From NCBI RefSeq assembly GCF_044704955.1, contig NW_027251778.1, forward strand, positions 434,001 through 498,000: a DNA stretch of 64,000 bases, given 5' to 3'. The position numbers were made by a program, and so were the translations under genes. Below, piece after piece: positions 51,493 to 64,000 of this stretch. The notes under the pieces were generated by a model that worked only from the letters and a program-made list of their open reading frames with translations, made no database searches and was not told the origin of the DNA. Source of the DNA: Pristiophorus japonicus (lineage: Eukaryota). Within the stretch, counting starts at the first letter, position 1, and each line of letters begins with the position of its first letter.

Positions 51493-51815
51493 GAGAGAGA
51501 GAGAATGGGAGAGGAGCGAAATATAAATGGACAGTAAAGAAGTAAGACATACAGAAAAAGAATGGAAGGGAGAGAGAGAGAGTGGCAGAGAGGGTTGGAG
51601 ACAGAGAAGGAGAGGGACTGGCAGACAGAGAACACACTATAAACCGAGGGGGAGAGAATCTAGACCAGCCCGCGGTGTGAAGGGACACACGGGGAAATTA
51701 AAGTGAGGATCGCTGAGATCTCACAGCCCAGCTCCACCTTACCTGTTAACACCAGCAACACAAGCCAGAGCTGGGACACAGGCATCTCTGGGGAGAGGGA
51801 GATCCGGGGGTTCAT
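50815..51815 (-). CDS. TRBV: TRB V segment V11, family A, intact
   Basis: Leader 51743-51815. V exon 50815-51110 has a CDR2 one codon shorter and ends YYCAWSL. 23-RSS at 50776-50814. Confidence 0.91.
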
Positions 51816-52821
51816 GGTGTGCAACCTCTGAATATCTCACTATTCTGGGCACTGTGGCATTTACTGACCCCCTGTTCTCCAATGTTCAATGTGCGGGTGG
51901 GAGGGGCCAATCCCTTTTCACCAGTTCATTGGCTCCCTCTGGTCTTTCCTGGGGCAGGGCTAATGCGGACTCTGGGTAATCGGCGCGCTGTCTCCTCCCT
52001 TTGATGATGGAGTCTGGGGTTCCTTAACCCACAACAACACGGAGGCTTTACTCTGAATCTAATGAGTAAATTATGTGCTTTACTCTGTATCTAATCAGTA
52101 ACAGTGAGCTCTTTCTTTCATTCTCTCTTTCTTCCCTTCTTACTTTCCATCCCATTCTTTCCTTCTTTCTCTCTTTCTTTCTTTCTCTCTTTTCTTTTTT
52201 CTATCGTTCTCTCTTTCTTTCTCTGTTTCATTCTTTCTTTCATTCTTTCTTGCTTGCTTTCATTCTCCCCTTCTAGACTTGTTTCTTCCGATTTCATTCT
52301 CTCTTTCCATCCTTCTTTATCTCTTCCTTTATTTAATTATATCGTTCCTTCCTTCCTTTTTTCACTCTAACCTTCTGTTTTTCCTTCTCTCTTTCCATTC
52401 TTCTTTTTCTCTCTTATTTCTTTCTCTCTTTTTTCTTTACATGTGTCTTTCTCTCTTTTCTTCCCAGTTTCTTTTTTTTCTTTCTTTCATTCTGTATCTC
52501 GTTGTTTGCTTATTTCTTTCTTTCTCTCCTTCGTTCTATATTTCTCAACTTCCTTCCTTCTGTCCTTCTTCTTTCCTTCCTCCTTTCTGTTCTATCTTTC
52601 ATATTTTCATTCCTTTCTTTCTGCCATTCTTTATCTAAATCCTTTTTCCTTTCATCGAATCAAACTCTCGATATTTCTTCCTTCAGTTCTTTCATTTTCA
52701 TTATTTATCTGTCTTTCGCTCTCTTGGTCAGTTGACTTTATTTCTGCCTTTCTTTGCTGTTTTCATTCATTGGCTACTTTTTTCTTTTTTTTCTCGCACT
52801 TTCATTTCCTCTTTCTCACAA

Positions 52822-55800
52822 GAGGGCAGGAAAAAGAGTGGGAGAGCGATAGTGACAGGGGATTTGATTGTAAGGGGAATAGATTGGCGTTTCTGCGGCC
52901 GCAACCGAGACTCCAGGATAGTATGTTACCTCCCTGGTGCAAGGGTCAAGGATGTCACGGAGCGGGTGCTGGACATTCTAAAAAGGGAGAGTGAACAGCC
53001 AGTTGTCGTGGTGCACATTGGTACCAACGATATAGGTAAAAAAAAGTGATGAGGTCCTGCAAGACGAATTTAAGGAGCTCGGAGCTAAATTAAAACGTAT
53101 GACATCAAAAGTAGTAATCTCGGGATTGCTACCAGTGCCACGTGCTAGTCAGAGTAGGAATCGCAGGATAGCTCAGATGAATACGTGGCTTGAGCAGTGG
53201 TGCAGCAGGGAGGGATTCAAATTCCTGGGGCATTGGAACCGGTTCTGGGGGAGGTGGGACCAGTACAAACCGGACGGTCTGCACCTGGGCAGGACCGGAA
53301 CCAATGTCCTCGGGGGAGTGTTTGCAAGTGCTGTTGGGGAGGAGTTAAACTGATATGGCAGGGGGATGGGAACCAATGCAGGGAGACAGAGGGAAACAAA
53401 AAGGAGACAAAATCAAAAGACAGAAAGGAGATGAGTAAAAGTGGAGGGCAGAGAAACCCGAGGCAAAAAACAAAAAGGGCTACTGAATATAAAGGGGCTG
53501 CAGGAGGGGTCAAAACTAAAAACCATGGTTTAAAAACTAGTATTAAAACACTCTACCTAAATGCACGCAGCATTTGAAATAAAGTAAATGAGTTGACGGC
53601 ACAAATCATTACAAATGGGTATGATTTGGTGGCCATTACAGAAACGTGGTTGCAGGGTGGCCAAGACTGGGAATTAAACATACAGGGGTATCTGACGATT
53701 CGGAAAGACAGACAAAAAGGGAAAAGAGGTGGGGTAGCTCTGTTAATAAAGGATGATATCAGGGCAGTTGTGAGAGACGATATTGGCTCTAATGAACAAA
53801 ATGTTGAATCATTGTGGGTGGAGATTAGAGATAGTAAGCGGAAAAAGAAACTGGTGGGTGTAGTTTATCGGCCCCCAAATGATAACTTCACGGTGGGGAG
53901 GGCAACAATCAAGGGAATAATGGAGGCATGTGAAAAAGGAACGGCAGTAATCATGGGGGACTTTAACCTACATATCGATTGCTCAAATCAAATTGCACGG
54001 GGTAGCCTTGAGGAGGAATTCATAGAATGCATACAGGATTGTTTCTCAGAACAGTATGTTACAGAACCTACAAGGGAGCAAGCTATCGTCGATCTGGTCC
54101 TCTGTAATGAGACAGGAAAAATAAACAATCTCCTAGTAAAAGATCCTCTCGGAATGAGTGATCACATGTATGGTTGAATTTGTAATACAGATTGAGGGTG
54201 AGGAATTAGTGTCTCAAACGAGCTTACTATGCTTAAACAAAGGGGACTAGAGTGGGATGAGGACAGAGTTGGCTAAATTAGACTGGAAACACAGACTAAA
54301 CGGTGGCACAATTGAGGAACAGTGGAGGACTTTTAAGGAGCTCTTGCATCGTGCTCAACAAAAATATATTTCAGTGAAAAAGAAGGGCGGTAAGAGAAGG
54401 GATAACCAGCCGTGGATAACCAAGGAAATAAAGGAGAGTATCAAATTACAAACCAATGCGTATAAGGTGGCCAAGGTTCGTCGGAAAATAGAAGATTGGG
54501 AAAATTTTATACGACAGCAAAGAATGAATAAGAAAGCAATAAAGAAAGGAAAGATAGATTACGAAGGTAAACTTGCGCAAAACATAAAAACGGATAGTAA
54601 AAGCTTTTACAGATATATAAAACGGAAAAAGACTGAATAAAGTAAATGTTGGTCCCTAAGAAGATGAGAAGGGGGATTTTATAATGGGAAATATGGAAAT
54701 GGCTGAGACCTTAAACAATTATTTTGATTCGGTCTTCACAGTGGAAGACACAAAAACCATGCCAAAAATTGTTGGTCACAGGAATGTGGGAAGGGAGGAC
54801 CTTGAGACAATCACTATCACTAGGGGGTAGTGCTGGACAGGCAAGTGGGACTCAAGGTAAACAAGTCCCCTGGTCCTGATGAAATGCATCCCAGGGTATT
54901 AAAAGAGATGGCGGAAGTTATAGCAGATGCATTCGTTATAATCTACCAAAATTCTCTGGACTCTGGGGAGGTACCAGCTGATTGGAAAGCAGCTAATGTA
55001 ACGCCTCTGTTTAAAAAAGAGAGCAGACAAAAGGCAGGTAACTATAGGCCGGTTAGTTTAACATCTGTAGTGGGGAAAATGCTTGAAGCTATCATTAAGG
55101 AAGAAATAGCGGGACATCTAGATAGGAATAGTGCAATCAAGCAGACGCAGCATGGATTCATGAAGGGGAAATCATGTTTAACTAATTTACTGGAATTCTT
55201 TGAGGATATAACGAGCATGGTGGATAGAGGTGTACCGATGGATGTGGTGTATTTAGATTTTCAAAAGGCATTCGATAAGATACCACACAAAAGGTTACTG
55301 CAGAAGATAAGGGTAGGCGGAGTCAGAGGAAATGTATTAGCATGGATAGAGAATTGGCTGGCGAACAGAAAGCAGAGAGTCGGCATAAATGGGTCCTTTT
55401 CGGGTTGGAAATCGGTGGTTAGTGGTGTATCACAGGGATCGGTGCTGGAACCACAACTGTTTACAATATACATAGATGACCTGGAAGAGGGGACCGAGTG
55501 TAGTGCAACAAAATTTGCAGATGACACAAAGAGTACTGGGAAAGCGGGTTGTGTAGAGGACACAGAAAGGCTGCAAAGAGATTTAGAGAAGTTAAGCGAA
55601 TGGGCTAAGGTTTGGCAGATGGAATACAATGTCGGAAAGTGTGAGGTCATCCACCTTGGGAGAAAAAACAGTAAAAGGGAATATTATTTGAATGGGGAGA
55701 AATTACAACATGCTGCGGTGCAGAGGGACCTGGGGGTCCTTGTGCATTAATCCCAAAAATTAGTTTGCAGGTGCAACAGGTAATCTGGAAGGCGAATGGA

Positions 55801-56450
55801 ATGTTGGCCTTCATTGCGAGAGGGATGGAGTACAAAAGCAGGGAGGACCTTCTGCAACTGTACAGGGTATTGGTGAGGTCGCACCTGGAGTACTGCGTGC
55901 AGTTCTGGTCGCCTTACTTAAGGAAGGATATACTAGCTTTGGAGGGGGTACAGAGACGATTCACTAGGCTGATTCCGGAGATGAGGGGGTTACCTTATGA
56001 TGATAGATTGAGTAGACTGGGTCTTTACTCCTTGGAGTTCAGAAGGACGAGGGGGGATCTTATAGAAGCATTTAAAATAATGAAAGGGGTAGATAGATAG
56101 AGGCAGAGAGGTTGTTTCCACTGGTCGGGGAGACTAGAACTAGGGGGCACAACCTCAAAATACGGGGGAGTCAATTTAAAACCGAGTTGAGAAGGAATTT
56201 CTTCTCCCAGAGGTTTGTGAATCTGTGGAATCCTCTGCCCAAGGAAACAGTTGAGTCTAGCTCATTGAATGTATTCAAGTCACAGATAGATAGATTTTTA
56301 ACCAATAAGGGCATTAAGGGTTATGGGGAGCGGGCGGGCAAGTGGAGCTGAGTCCACGGCCAGATCAGCCATAGTCTTGTTGAATGGTGGAGCAGGCTTG
56401 ACGGGCTAGATGGCCTACTCCTGTTCCTAATTCTTGTGTTCTTATGTTGT
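52822..56450 (+). mobile_element. Long decayed CR1-type LINE (ORF1 SGNH esterase, ORF2 APE-RT)
   Basis: ORF1 motifs GD-IVR, PGA, HIGTND, DGLHL. APE motifs YLNARSI, ITETWL, YRPP, MGDFN, SDH. RT motifs YLDFQKAFD, QGSVL, FADDTK. It has multiple stops and frameshifts and a 3' tail. Confidence 0.93.
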
Positions 56451-56602
56451 TATGTGCTCTTTCCTACATTATTTCCACCTTTCTTGCTCCTTTTTAATCT
56501 AAACTTCCACATTGCAGACAACTATTCATATCTATCTCCCACAGGTGTTTCCTGCCATGGTGGGGTTTGTGTCGAGCCCCTCCTTCTCCCTGCGACACTG
56601 TG

Positions 56603-57102
56603 AAGACTCCAGGCGCAGTAATGCACGGTCGCCTGATCCGCCCGCAGGCCGGATAAACTACAGGTTAAAATCGTTGCCTTTCGGTCTCTCGCCAGTAAAA
56701 TGGTCCACCGGCCCCTCTGGATTCACACTTTATACAGTTGTGGAGATGAACATTGACAGCGGCTCCTTCCCGTGGTCCTGTCTGTACCAATACATGTAAG
56801 GGGTGCTTGCTCCCTCCACAGTGCATTTCAATTGCACTCGCTCCCCGGGATATCTGGAGACAGCGGCCGGAGTCTGGCGGATAGTCTGTGAGCTCACATC
56901 TTGGAAAGAGACAGGGAGAGGAGGCGGTCAGTAAACAGGGACATTCTGGGGAATGGGAAAGAGAGAGAGAAAGAAAGAAAGAAAGAAAGAAGGAAAGGAA
57001 GTAAGAAAGAAAGAAACAAGGTAAAAGGTTACTAAGAAGACTCATATTTTGAAAAAGTGCCTTACGCTGAAACAAGATCATTAGTCCCAGTAACTGATAC
57101 AT
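56603..57102 (-). pseudogene. TRBV: TRB V segment V12, family B pseudogene
   Basis: Leader 57066-57102 is intact. V exon 56603-56899 has TAA in CDR2 (ACT GTA TAA), TAG in FR3 (AAC CTG TAG) and a +1 frameshift. RSS at 56564-56602 is intact. Confidence 0.9.
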
Positions 57103-58114
57103 CTTTAACGTGATGTTTTCCCTCAATAATGAAAGGAGCAAGAGCAGGAGCGAAGAGTCTGTGAGAAGCCAAATTCGCTCTTTTCAAATCATTGAGGAAA
57201 ATATGAAGAATCTGAGGAAGTGATGCAGCTTTGCATTGTCCGTCCCCTCCCTCTGATTGGCAGACAATGCACCTCCCTCGCTGATGGCAGACAAAGCCCC
57301 TCCCTCTCTGATTGATAGAAAAAGCCCCTCCCTCTCTGATTGACAGAAAACGCCCCTCCCTCTCTGATTGACAGAAAAAGCCCCTCCCCCTGGTTAACAG
57401 ACAAAGCCCCTCCCTCCCTGATTGTCAGCACCACACCTCCCTTTCTGATTGGCCATGATTGGAGCACATGGGAAGTAGGAGCGAAATGTGGAGGAACAAA
57501 TCTATTTCGAAGACCATGTCCACAAATCATTACCAATGAATAGATACTAACGGGTGAAAGGGGCTGGACTACAGAGAGAAAGGTTTGATTCTTCAGTTGC
57601 ACAGACCCTCAGTCTGAATTATTCTGGAGAACTGTCTTCAGTTCTGGGCACCGCACTGTTAGACTTACATTGGTTCAACACAGATTCAACAGAATGACAG
57701 CAGGGCCGGGGGGGGGGGTTAAATGAAGAGCACAGGTTGCACCAACGTGGATTGTATTTACATTGACTACAGGAGATTCGGTGGTGTGCTCTTTGAGGTT
57801 CGTAAAGCATTAAAAGTGGTTGATATGTTAGATAGAGAGAATCAATTTCCTCCAGTCAGGAACTCCAGAAGGATGGGTAAGAGATTAAAGTTAGATCCAG
57901 CCAGTTCAGGCATTGCATCAGAAACCACTTCTTCACACAAAGAGTAGTGGGAATGTGAAACTCTCTCCTCCAATTGCTGTTGAGGCTGGGGGTAAATTGC
58001 AGGCTTCAAAACAGAGATTGGTTCAGTTTTGGGTGAGTATTGGTGTCCCATGATATGGGTCAAAGGACATAAATAATGATCGAACATGATATAACTGATT
58101 GGGGCAGCAGATTA

Positions 58115-58590
58115 GAGGGGCTGAATGCCCTCCTGCTGTTCCTTTGTCATCGGCTCGAGCGGCTGAATGGCCTCCTGTTCCTGTGTAACAGGGTGCAGGG
58201 GCTGATTGGGCCACCTCCTATTCTTGTGTAACCGGCGCAAGTGTCTGGTAGGCCTCCCATTCCTGTCTAAAAAGTTCGAGCGGCTGAATGGGCTTCTTGT
58301 TCCATTGTAACAGGCTCGACGGGCGGAATGGCTTTCCTGATCCTCGGTAAATGTCTCCAGGAGTGAGTGGCCGCCAGTTCCTGTGTAACACGCTCGAGGG
58401 GCTGAATGTGCCCCATCCTTCTCCTGTGCAACAGGCTCGAGGGGCTGAATAGCAATCGTTCGGCTCCTGTGTAAATAGCTCGAGGAGCTGAGAGGCCGCA
58501 TGTTTCTGTGTAACAGGCCCGAGGGGCTGAATGTGCCTCCTGTTCCTGTATAATATGCTCGAGGGGCTGAATACCCTCCACTGTTCCTGT
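58115..58590 (+). repeat. Degenerate 41-44-bp minisatellite
   Basis: Same unit as 17536-18075. Confidence 0.85.
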
Positions 58591-58594
58591 GTAG

Positions 58595-59140
58595 TTTTGG
58601 TCACCTTACTTAAGGAAGGATATACTAGCTTTGGAGGGGGTACAGACACGATTCACTAGGCTGATTCCGGAGATGACGGGTTTACCTTATGATGATAGAT
58701 TGAGTAGACTGGGTCTTCACTCGTTGTAGTTCAAAAGGATGAGCGGTGATTTGTAGAAACATTTAAAATAATGAAAGGGATAGACAAGATAGAAGCAGAG
58801 AGGTTGTTTCCACTGGTCGGGGAGACTAGAACTAGGGGGCACTGCCTCGAATTATGGGGGAGCCAATTTAAAACCGAGTTGAGAAGGAATTTGTTCTACC
58901 AGAGTGTTGTGAATCTGTGGAATTCTCTGCCCAAGGAAGCAGTTGAGGCTAACTCATTGAATGTATTCAAATCACAGAAAGATAGATTTTTAACCAATAA
59001 GGTAATTAAGGGTTACAGGGAGAGGGCGGGTAAGTGGAGCTGAGTCCACGGCCAGATCAGCCATTATCTTTTTGAATGGCGGAGCAGGCTCGAGGGGCAC
59101 GATGGCCTACTCCTGTTCCTAATTCTTATGTTCTTTTGTT
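58595..59140 (+). mobile_element. CR1-type LINE 3' end
   Basis: Closely matches 55910-56450. Confidence 0.85.
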
Positions 59141-59231
59141 ATGTTTTAAAATAGACAGGGTTCACCATCCACAGGTGTTTCCTGCATTGTGGGGTTTGTG
59201 TCGAGCCCCTCCATCTCCCTGAGTCACTGTG

Positions 59232-59643
59232 CAGACTCCAGGCGCAGTAATACACGGCCGCCTGATCCGCCCGCAGGCCGGAGGACTTCAGGTTAAACTC
59301 CTTGCCATTCGGTCGCTCGGCAGAAAAACCATCCACCGGCAACTCTGGATCCACAATATTGGTGATCGCAGAGATAAACATGGACTGCGGCCCCTTCCCC
59401 AGGTCCTGTCTGTACCAGTACATGTAAGGGTTGCTTGCTCCCTCTACAGTGCATTTCAATTCCACTCCTTCCCCGGGAAATCTGGAGACAGCAGCCGGAA
59501 TCTGGTGAATAGTCTGTGAGCTCACATCTGAGATGGGGAGAGGAGCTGGTCAGTAAAAAGGAACATTCTGGGGAAAGAGAGAAACTCAGAAAGAAAGATA
59601 GAAAAGAAAGAGAGGAAGATGGAAGGAAAGAAAAAAAGAAGCA

Positions 59644-59687
<44 letters not shown>

Positions 59688-59794
59688 AGGAAGGAAGGAA
59701 GGAAGGTAGAAGCAAAACGGTTACGAACATGACTTATATTTTGTAAAAGTCCCTTTCGCTGCTACAAGAACATCAGACCCAGTAACTGATATAT
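59232..59794 (-). pseudogene. TRBV: TRB V segment V13, family B: intact V exon and RSS, destroyed leader
   Basis: V exon 59232-59527 is open (SQTIHQIP..CTVEGASNPYMYWYRQ..YYCAWSL). RSS at 59193-59231. Leader 59758-59794 has ATG>ATA, an in-frame TAG and a GT>GA donor change. Confidence 0.85.
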
Positions 59795-60609
59795 CTTTGA
59801 CTTGAAGTTTTAGCTTAATAATGAAAGGAGCGAGAGCAGGAGCGGGGAGTCTGTGAGGAGCCAAATTCGCTCTTTTCAAATAATTGAGGAAAATATGAAG
59901 AATCTGAGGAACTGATGCACGTTTGGGCCACCCATCCCCTCGCTCTGATTGGCAGACAAACTCCTTCCATCTCTGATTGACAGGCAAAGCCCCTCCCGCC
60001 ATGATTGGCAGTCACGCCCTTCCCTCTCTGATTGGCCATGATTGGAGCAGAAGGGAAGTGGGTGTTAACTGTGGAGGAGCAAAAGGATTTCGAAGACCAT
60101 GTCCACAAATCACGACCAATGAGCGGATAGTTACGGGTGAAGGGGGCTGGAATACAGAGAGAAAGATTTGATGCTTCAGTTGCACACAGCCTCAGTCAGA
60201 ATACATCTGGAGAACTGCCTTCAGTTCTGGGCGCTGCTCCTCCGGGTTCGACTTGTACTACATTGACTATAGGAGATTAGGCGTTGAACTGATTGACGTT
60301 CGTAAAGCATTAGTAGGTTTGATATGGTAGACAGAGAAAATCAATTTCCTCCAGTCAGGGAATCCAGAAGGAAGGGACAGAAACTTAAAATTAGATCCAG
60401 GCCATTCAGGCATTGCATCAGAAACCACTTCTTCACAAAAAGAGTAGTGGGTATATGGAACTCTCTCACTCCAAAAGCTGTTGAGGCTGGGAGTCAATTG
60501 CAGGCTTCAAGAAATACATTGGTAGAGTTTTTGTTCGGTATGGGTGTCGCATTGTATGGGGCAAAGCAGACAAATAATTATCGACCATGATATAACTGAA
60601 TGGGGCAGC

Positions 60610-61705
60610 AGGCTCGAGTATCTGAATGGGCCTCCTCCTGTGCCTCCTGTGTAACAGGCTCGAGGGGAAGAATGGGCACCCTCTTTTTCCTGTGTAACAG
60701 ATTAGAGGGGCTCAACGGTCTCCTGTTCTTGTGTAGCAGGTTCGATGGGCTGAATGGGCCTCCTGATCCTATGTGACGGGCTCGATGGGCTGAATGCGCC
60801 TCCTCTTGTTCCTGTCTAAGAGGCTCGTGGAGCTGAATGGCCTGCTGTTCCTGTTTGATAGGCTCGAGGCGGTGAATGGGCCTCCCCCTGTTACTGTGTG
60901 ACAGATTCGAGGCGCTGAATGGGCCTCCTTCACTTCTTATCTAACAGGCTCGATGGGGTTAAATGGGCTTCCTCCACTTCCTCGGTAACATGCGAGAAGA
61001 GCTGAATGGGCCCCCACCTGTTCCTGTGTAACAGGCTCGAAATGCGGAATATCCTCCTCCTGTTCCTGTGTAATGGATTCGAGGGACTGAATGGCCTCCT
61101 GTTCCTGTGTAACAGTCTCGAGGGGCTGAATGGGCCTCCTGTTCCTGTGTAACAGGCTCGAGGGACTGAATGGGCCTCCTGTTCCTGTGTAACAGCCTCG
61201 AGGGACTGAATGTGCTTCCTCCTGTTCCTTTGTAACAGGCTCGAGGGACTGAATGGGCCTCCTGTTCCTTTGTAACAGGGTCGAGGGGCTGAATGGGCCT
61301 CCTCCTGTTCCTGTGTAACAGCCTCGAGGGGCTGAATGGGCCTGCTCCTGTTCCTGTGTAACAGGCTCGAGGGACTGAATGGGCCTGCTCCTGTTCCTGT
61401 GTAACAGGCTCGAGGGGCTGAATGGGCCTCCTCCTGTTCCTGTGTAACAGGCTCGAGGGTCTGAATGGGCCTCCTCCTGTTCCTGTGTAACAGGCTCGAG
61501 GGGCTGAATGGGCCTCCTCCTGTTCCTGTGTAACAGGCTCGAGGGACTGAATGGGCCTCCTGTTCCTGTGTAACAGGCTCGAGGGACTGAATGGGCCTCC
61601 TCCTGTTCCTGTGCAACAGCCTCGAGGGGCTGGATGGGCTTCCTCCTGTTCCAGTGTAACAGCCTCGAGGGGCTCAATGGGCTTCCTCCTGTTCCTGTGT
61701 TCCTA
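60610..61705 (+). repeat. 41-44-bp minisatellite, ~25 copies
   Basis: Same LINE-tail-derived unit. Confidence 0.92.
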
Positions 61706-61924
61706 TTGTGAACCATGTTCTGGGCACTGATGTGTTTCATGGTCTAGAGCGCCATCTCTTGTCCCTGTGGAGAAAGAAATCACACTGTCGGTGTTTAAAA
61801 AGTAGTTTCTTGCATTCCAACTTTCTAAAATGTCGTTCTTTTTTATTTAGTTTCGTTCTGCCTTTCTATATTTCTTTGATTTCTCTGTCTTTCTTTCTGC
61901 TCTTTTTCCTGCTAACATTCTTTT

Positions 61925-64000
61925 ACAGAAACATAGAAATAGGTGCAGGAGTAGACCATTCGGCCCTTCGAGCCTGCACCACCATTCAATAAGATCATGG
62001 CTGATCATTCACCTCAGTACCCCTTTCCTGATTCCTCACCATACCCCTTGATCCCTTTAGCCGTAAGGGGCCACATCTAACACCCTCCGGAATATATCCA
62101 ACGAACTGGCCTCAACAACTCTCTGCGGCAGGGAATTCCACAGGTTCACCACTCTCTGGGTGAAGAAGTTTCTCCTCATCTCGGTCCTAAATGGCTTACG
62201 CCTTATCCTAAGACTGTGTGACCCCTGGTTCTGGACTTCCCCAACATCGGGAACATTCTTCCTGCATCTAACCTGTCCAGTCCCGTCAGAATTTTATATG
62301 TTTCTATGAGATCCCCTCTCATTCTTCTAAATTCCAGTGAATATAAGCCTAGTCAATCCAGTCTTTCTTCATAAGTCAGTCCTGCCATCCCGGGAATCAG
62401 TTTGGTGAACCTTCGCTGCACTCCCTCAATAACAAGAACGTCCTTCCTCAGGTTAGGAGAACAAAACTGACACAATATTCCAGGTGAGACCTCACCAAGG
62501 CCCTGTACAACTGCAGTAAGACCTCCCTGCTCCTATACTCAAATTCTCTCGCTATGAAGGCCAACATGCCATTTGCCTTCTTCACCACCTGCTGTACCTG
62601 CATGTCAACTTTCAATGACTGATGAAGCATGACACTCAGGTCTCGTTGCATCTCCCCTTTTCCTAATCTGCCGCCATTCAGATAATATTCTGCCTTCGTG
62701 TTTTTGCCCCCAAAGTGGATAACCTCACATTTATCCACATTATACTGCATCTGCCAGGCATTTGCCCACTCACCTAACCTGTCCAAATCAACCTGCAGCC
62801 TCTTGGCGTCCTCATCACAGCTCACACCACCACGCAGTTCAGTATCATCTGCAAACCTTAAGATATTACACTCAATTCCTTCATCCAAATCATTAATGTA
62901 TATTGTAAATAGCTGGGCTCCCAGCACTGAGACGTGCGGCACTCCACTAGTCACTGCCTGCCATTCCGAAAAGGATCCGTTTATCCGGACTCTCTGCTTC
63001 CTGTCTGAAACCAATTATCTATCCACGTCAGTACATTACCCCCAATACCATGTGCTTTAATTTTGCACACCAATCTCTTATGCGGGACCTTGTCACAAGC
63101 CTTTTGAAAGTCCAAATACACCATATCCACTGGTTCTCCCTTGTCCACTCTGCTAGTTACATCCTCAAAACATTCCAGACCATTTGTCAAGCATGATTCC
63201 CCTTTCATAAATTCATGCTGATTTGGACCGATCCTGCTACAAATGCGCTGCTATTTCATCTTTAATAATTGATTCCAACATTTTCCCCACTACTGATGCC
63301 TGGCTAACTGGCCTATAATTAACCGTTTTCTCTCTCCTGCCTTTTTAAAACGTGGTGTTACATTAGCTACGCTCCAGTCCATAGGAACTGTTCCAGAGTA
63401 TATAGACTTTTGGAAAATGTTCACAAATGCATTCACTATTTCTAAGGCCACTTACGTAAGTACTCTGTGATGCAGACAATCAGGCCCCGGGGATTTCTAG
63501 GCCTTCAATCCCATCAATGTGCCCAACACAATTTCTCGCCTAATAAGGATTTCCTTCAGTTCCTCCTTCTCACTAGACCCTCAGTCCGCTAATATTTCCG
63601 GAAGGTTATTTGTGTCTTCCTTCGTGAAGACATAACCACCGTATTTATTCCATTGGTCTGCCATTTCTTTGTTCTCCATTATAAATTCACCTGAGTCCGA
63701 CTGCAATGGACCTACGTTTGTCTTCACTAATGTTTTTCTCTTCATATATCTAAAGAAGCTTTTGCAGTCAGTTTTTATGTTCCCGGCTAGCTTCCTCTCG
63801 TACTCTATTTTTCCACTCCTAATTAAACCCTTTGTCCTCCCAGTCCTCAGGTTTGCTGCTTTTTCTGGCCAATTTATATGCCTCTCCCTTGGATCTAACA
63901 CTATCCTTAATTTCCCTAGTTAGACATGGTTGAGCCACCTTCCCTGTTTTATTTTTACTCCAAAACATTTGTTGAAGTTCATCCATGTGATCTATAAATG
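61925..64000 (-). mobile_element. CR1-type LINE ORF2 fragment
   Basis: ORFs 62448-63014 (FADDTEL), 62981-63208 (YLDFQKA) and 63581-63901. The tail is at ~61930. Confidence 0.9.

Noticed and set aside
3904-59794. Ig light chain, IgH, or TCR gamma/delta identity
   Set aside because: The V23-12D23-12J signals, GGGACA D core, EQYFG J, TRBC motifs and 18-nt Cys exon together fit TRB.
60930-61740. Repetitive ORFs of up to 267 aa (also 17455-18093, 58112-58649, 22773-23985)
   Set aside because: These are read-through of minisatellites in all frames.

Overview
This is vertebrate DNA, not prokaryotic. It carries a T-cell receptor beta (TRB) locus on the minus strand, most likely from a cartilaginous fish; that assignment is inferred from the GGGACAAC D core, the V-family motifs and the dense CR1-type LINEs. 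Reading from high to low coordinates there are 13 V segments in four sequence families, which I number V1-V13 from the D-proximal end. Nine look fully intact, one has an open frame but a broken RSS heptamer, and three are pseudogenes. They are followed by one D (12-RSS/23-RSS), one visible J, C exon 1 (Ig-C1 domain) and an 18-nt connecting-peptide exon. The transmembrane and cytoplasmic exons must lie left of the window. The V array was built by a ~13.5-kb tandem duplication plus smaller ones. The rest of the window is decayed CR1/L2-like LINE sequence, LINE-derived minisatellites, CT/GATA microsatellites and N gaps. The main points of interest are: (1) a very compact single-D/single-J unit; (2) 11 of 13 V segments belonging to three families with a TRBV30-like CAWS-type end; (3) a near-identical FR3-RSS-flank cassette shared across divergent V families; (4) co-oriented CTCF-like sites; (5) a possible relict second D segment.
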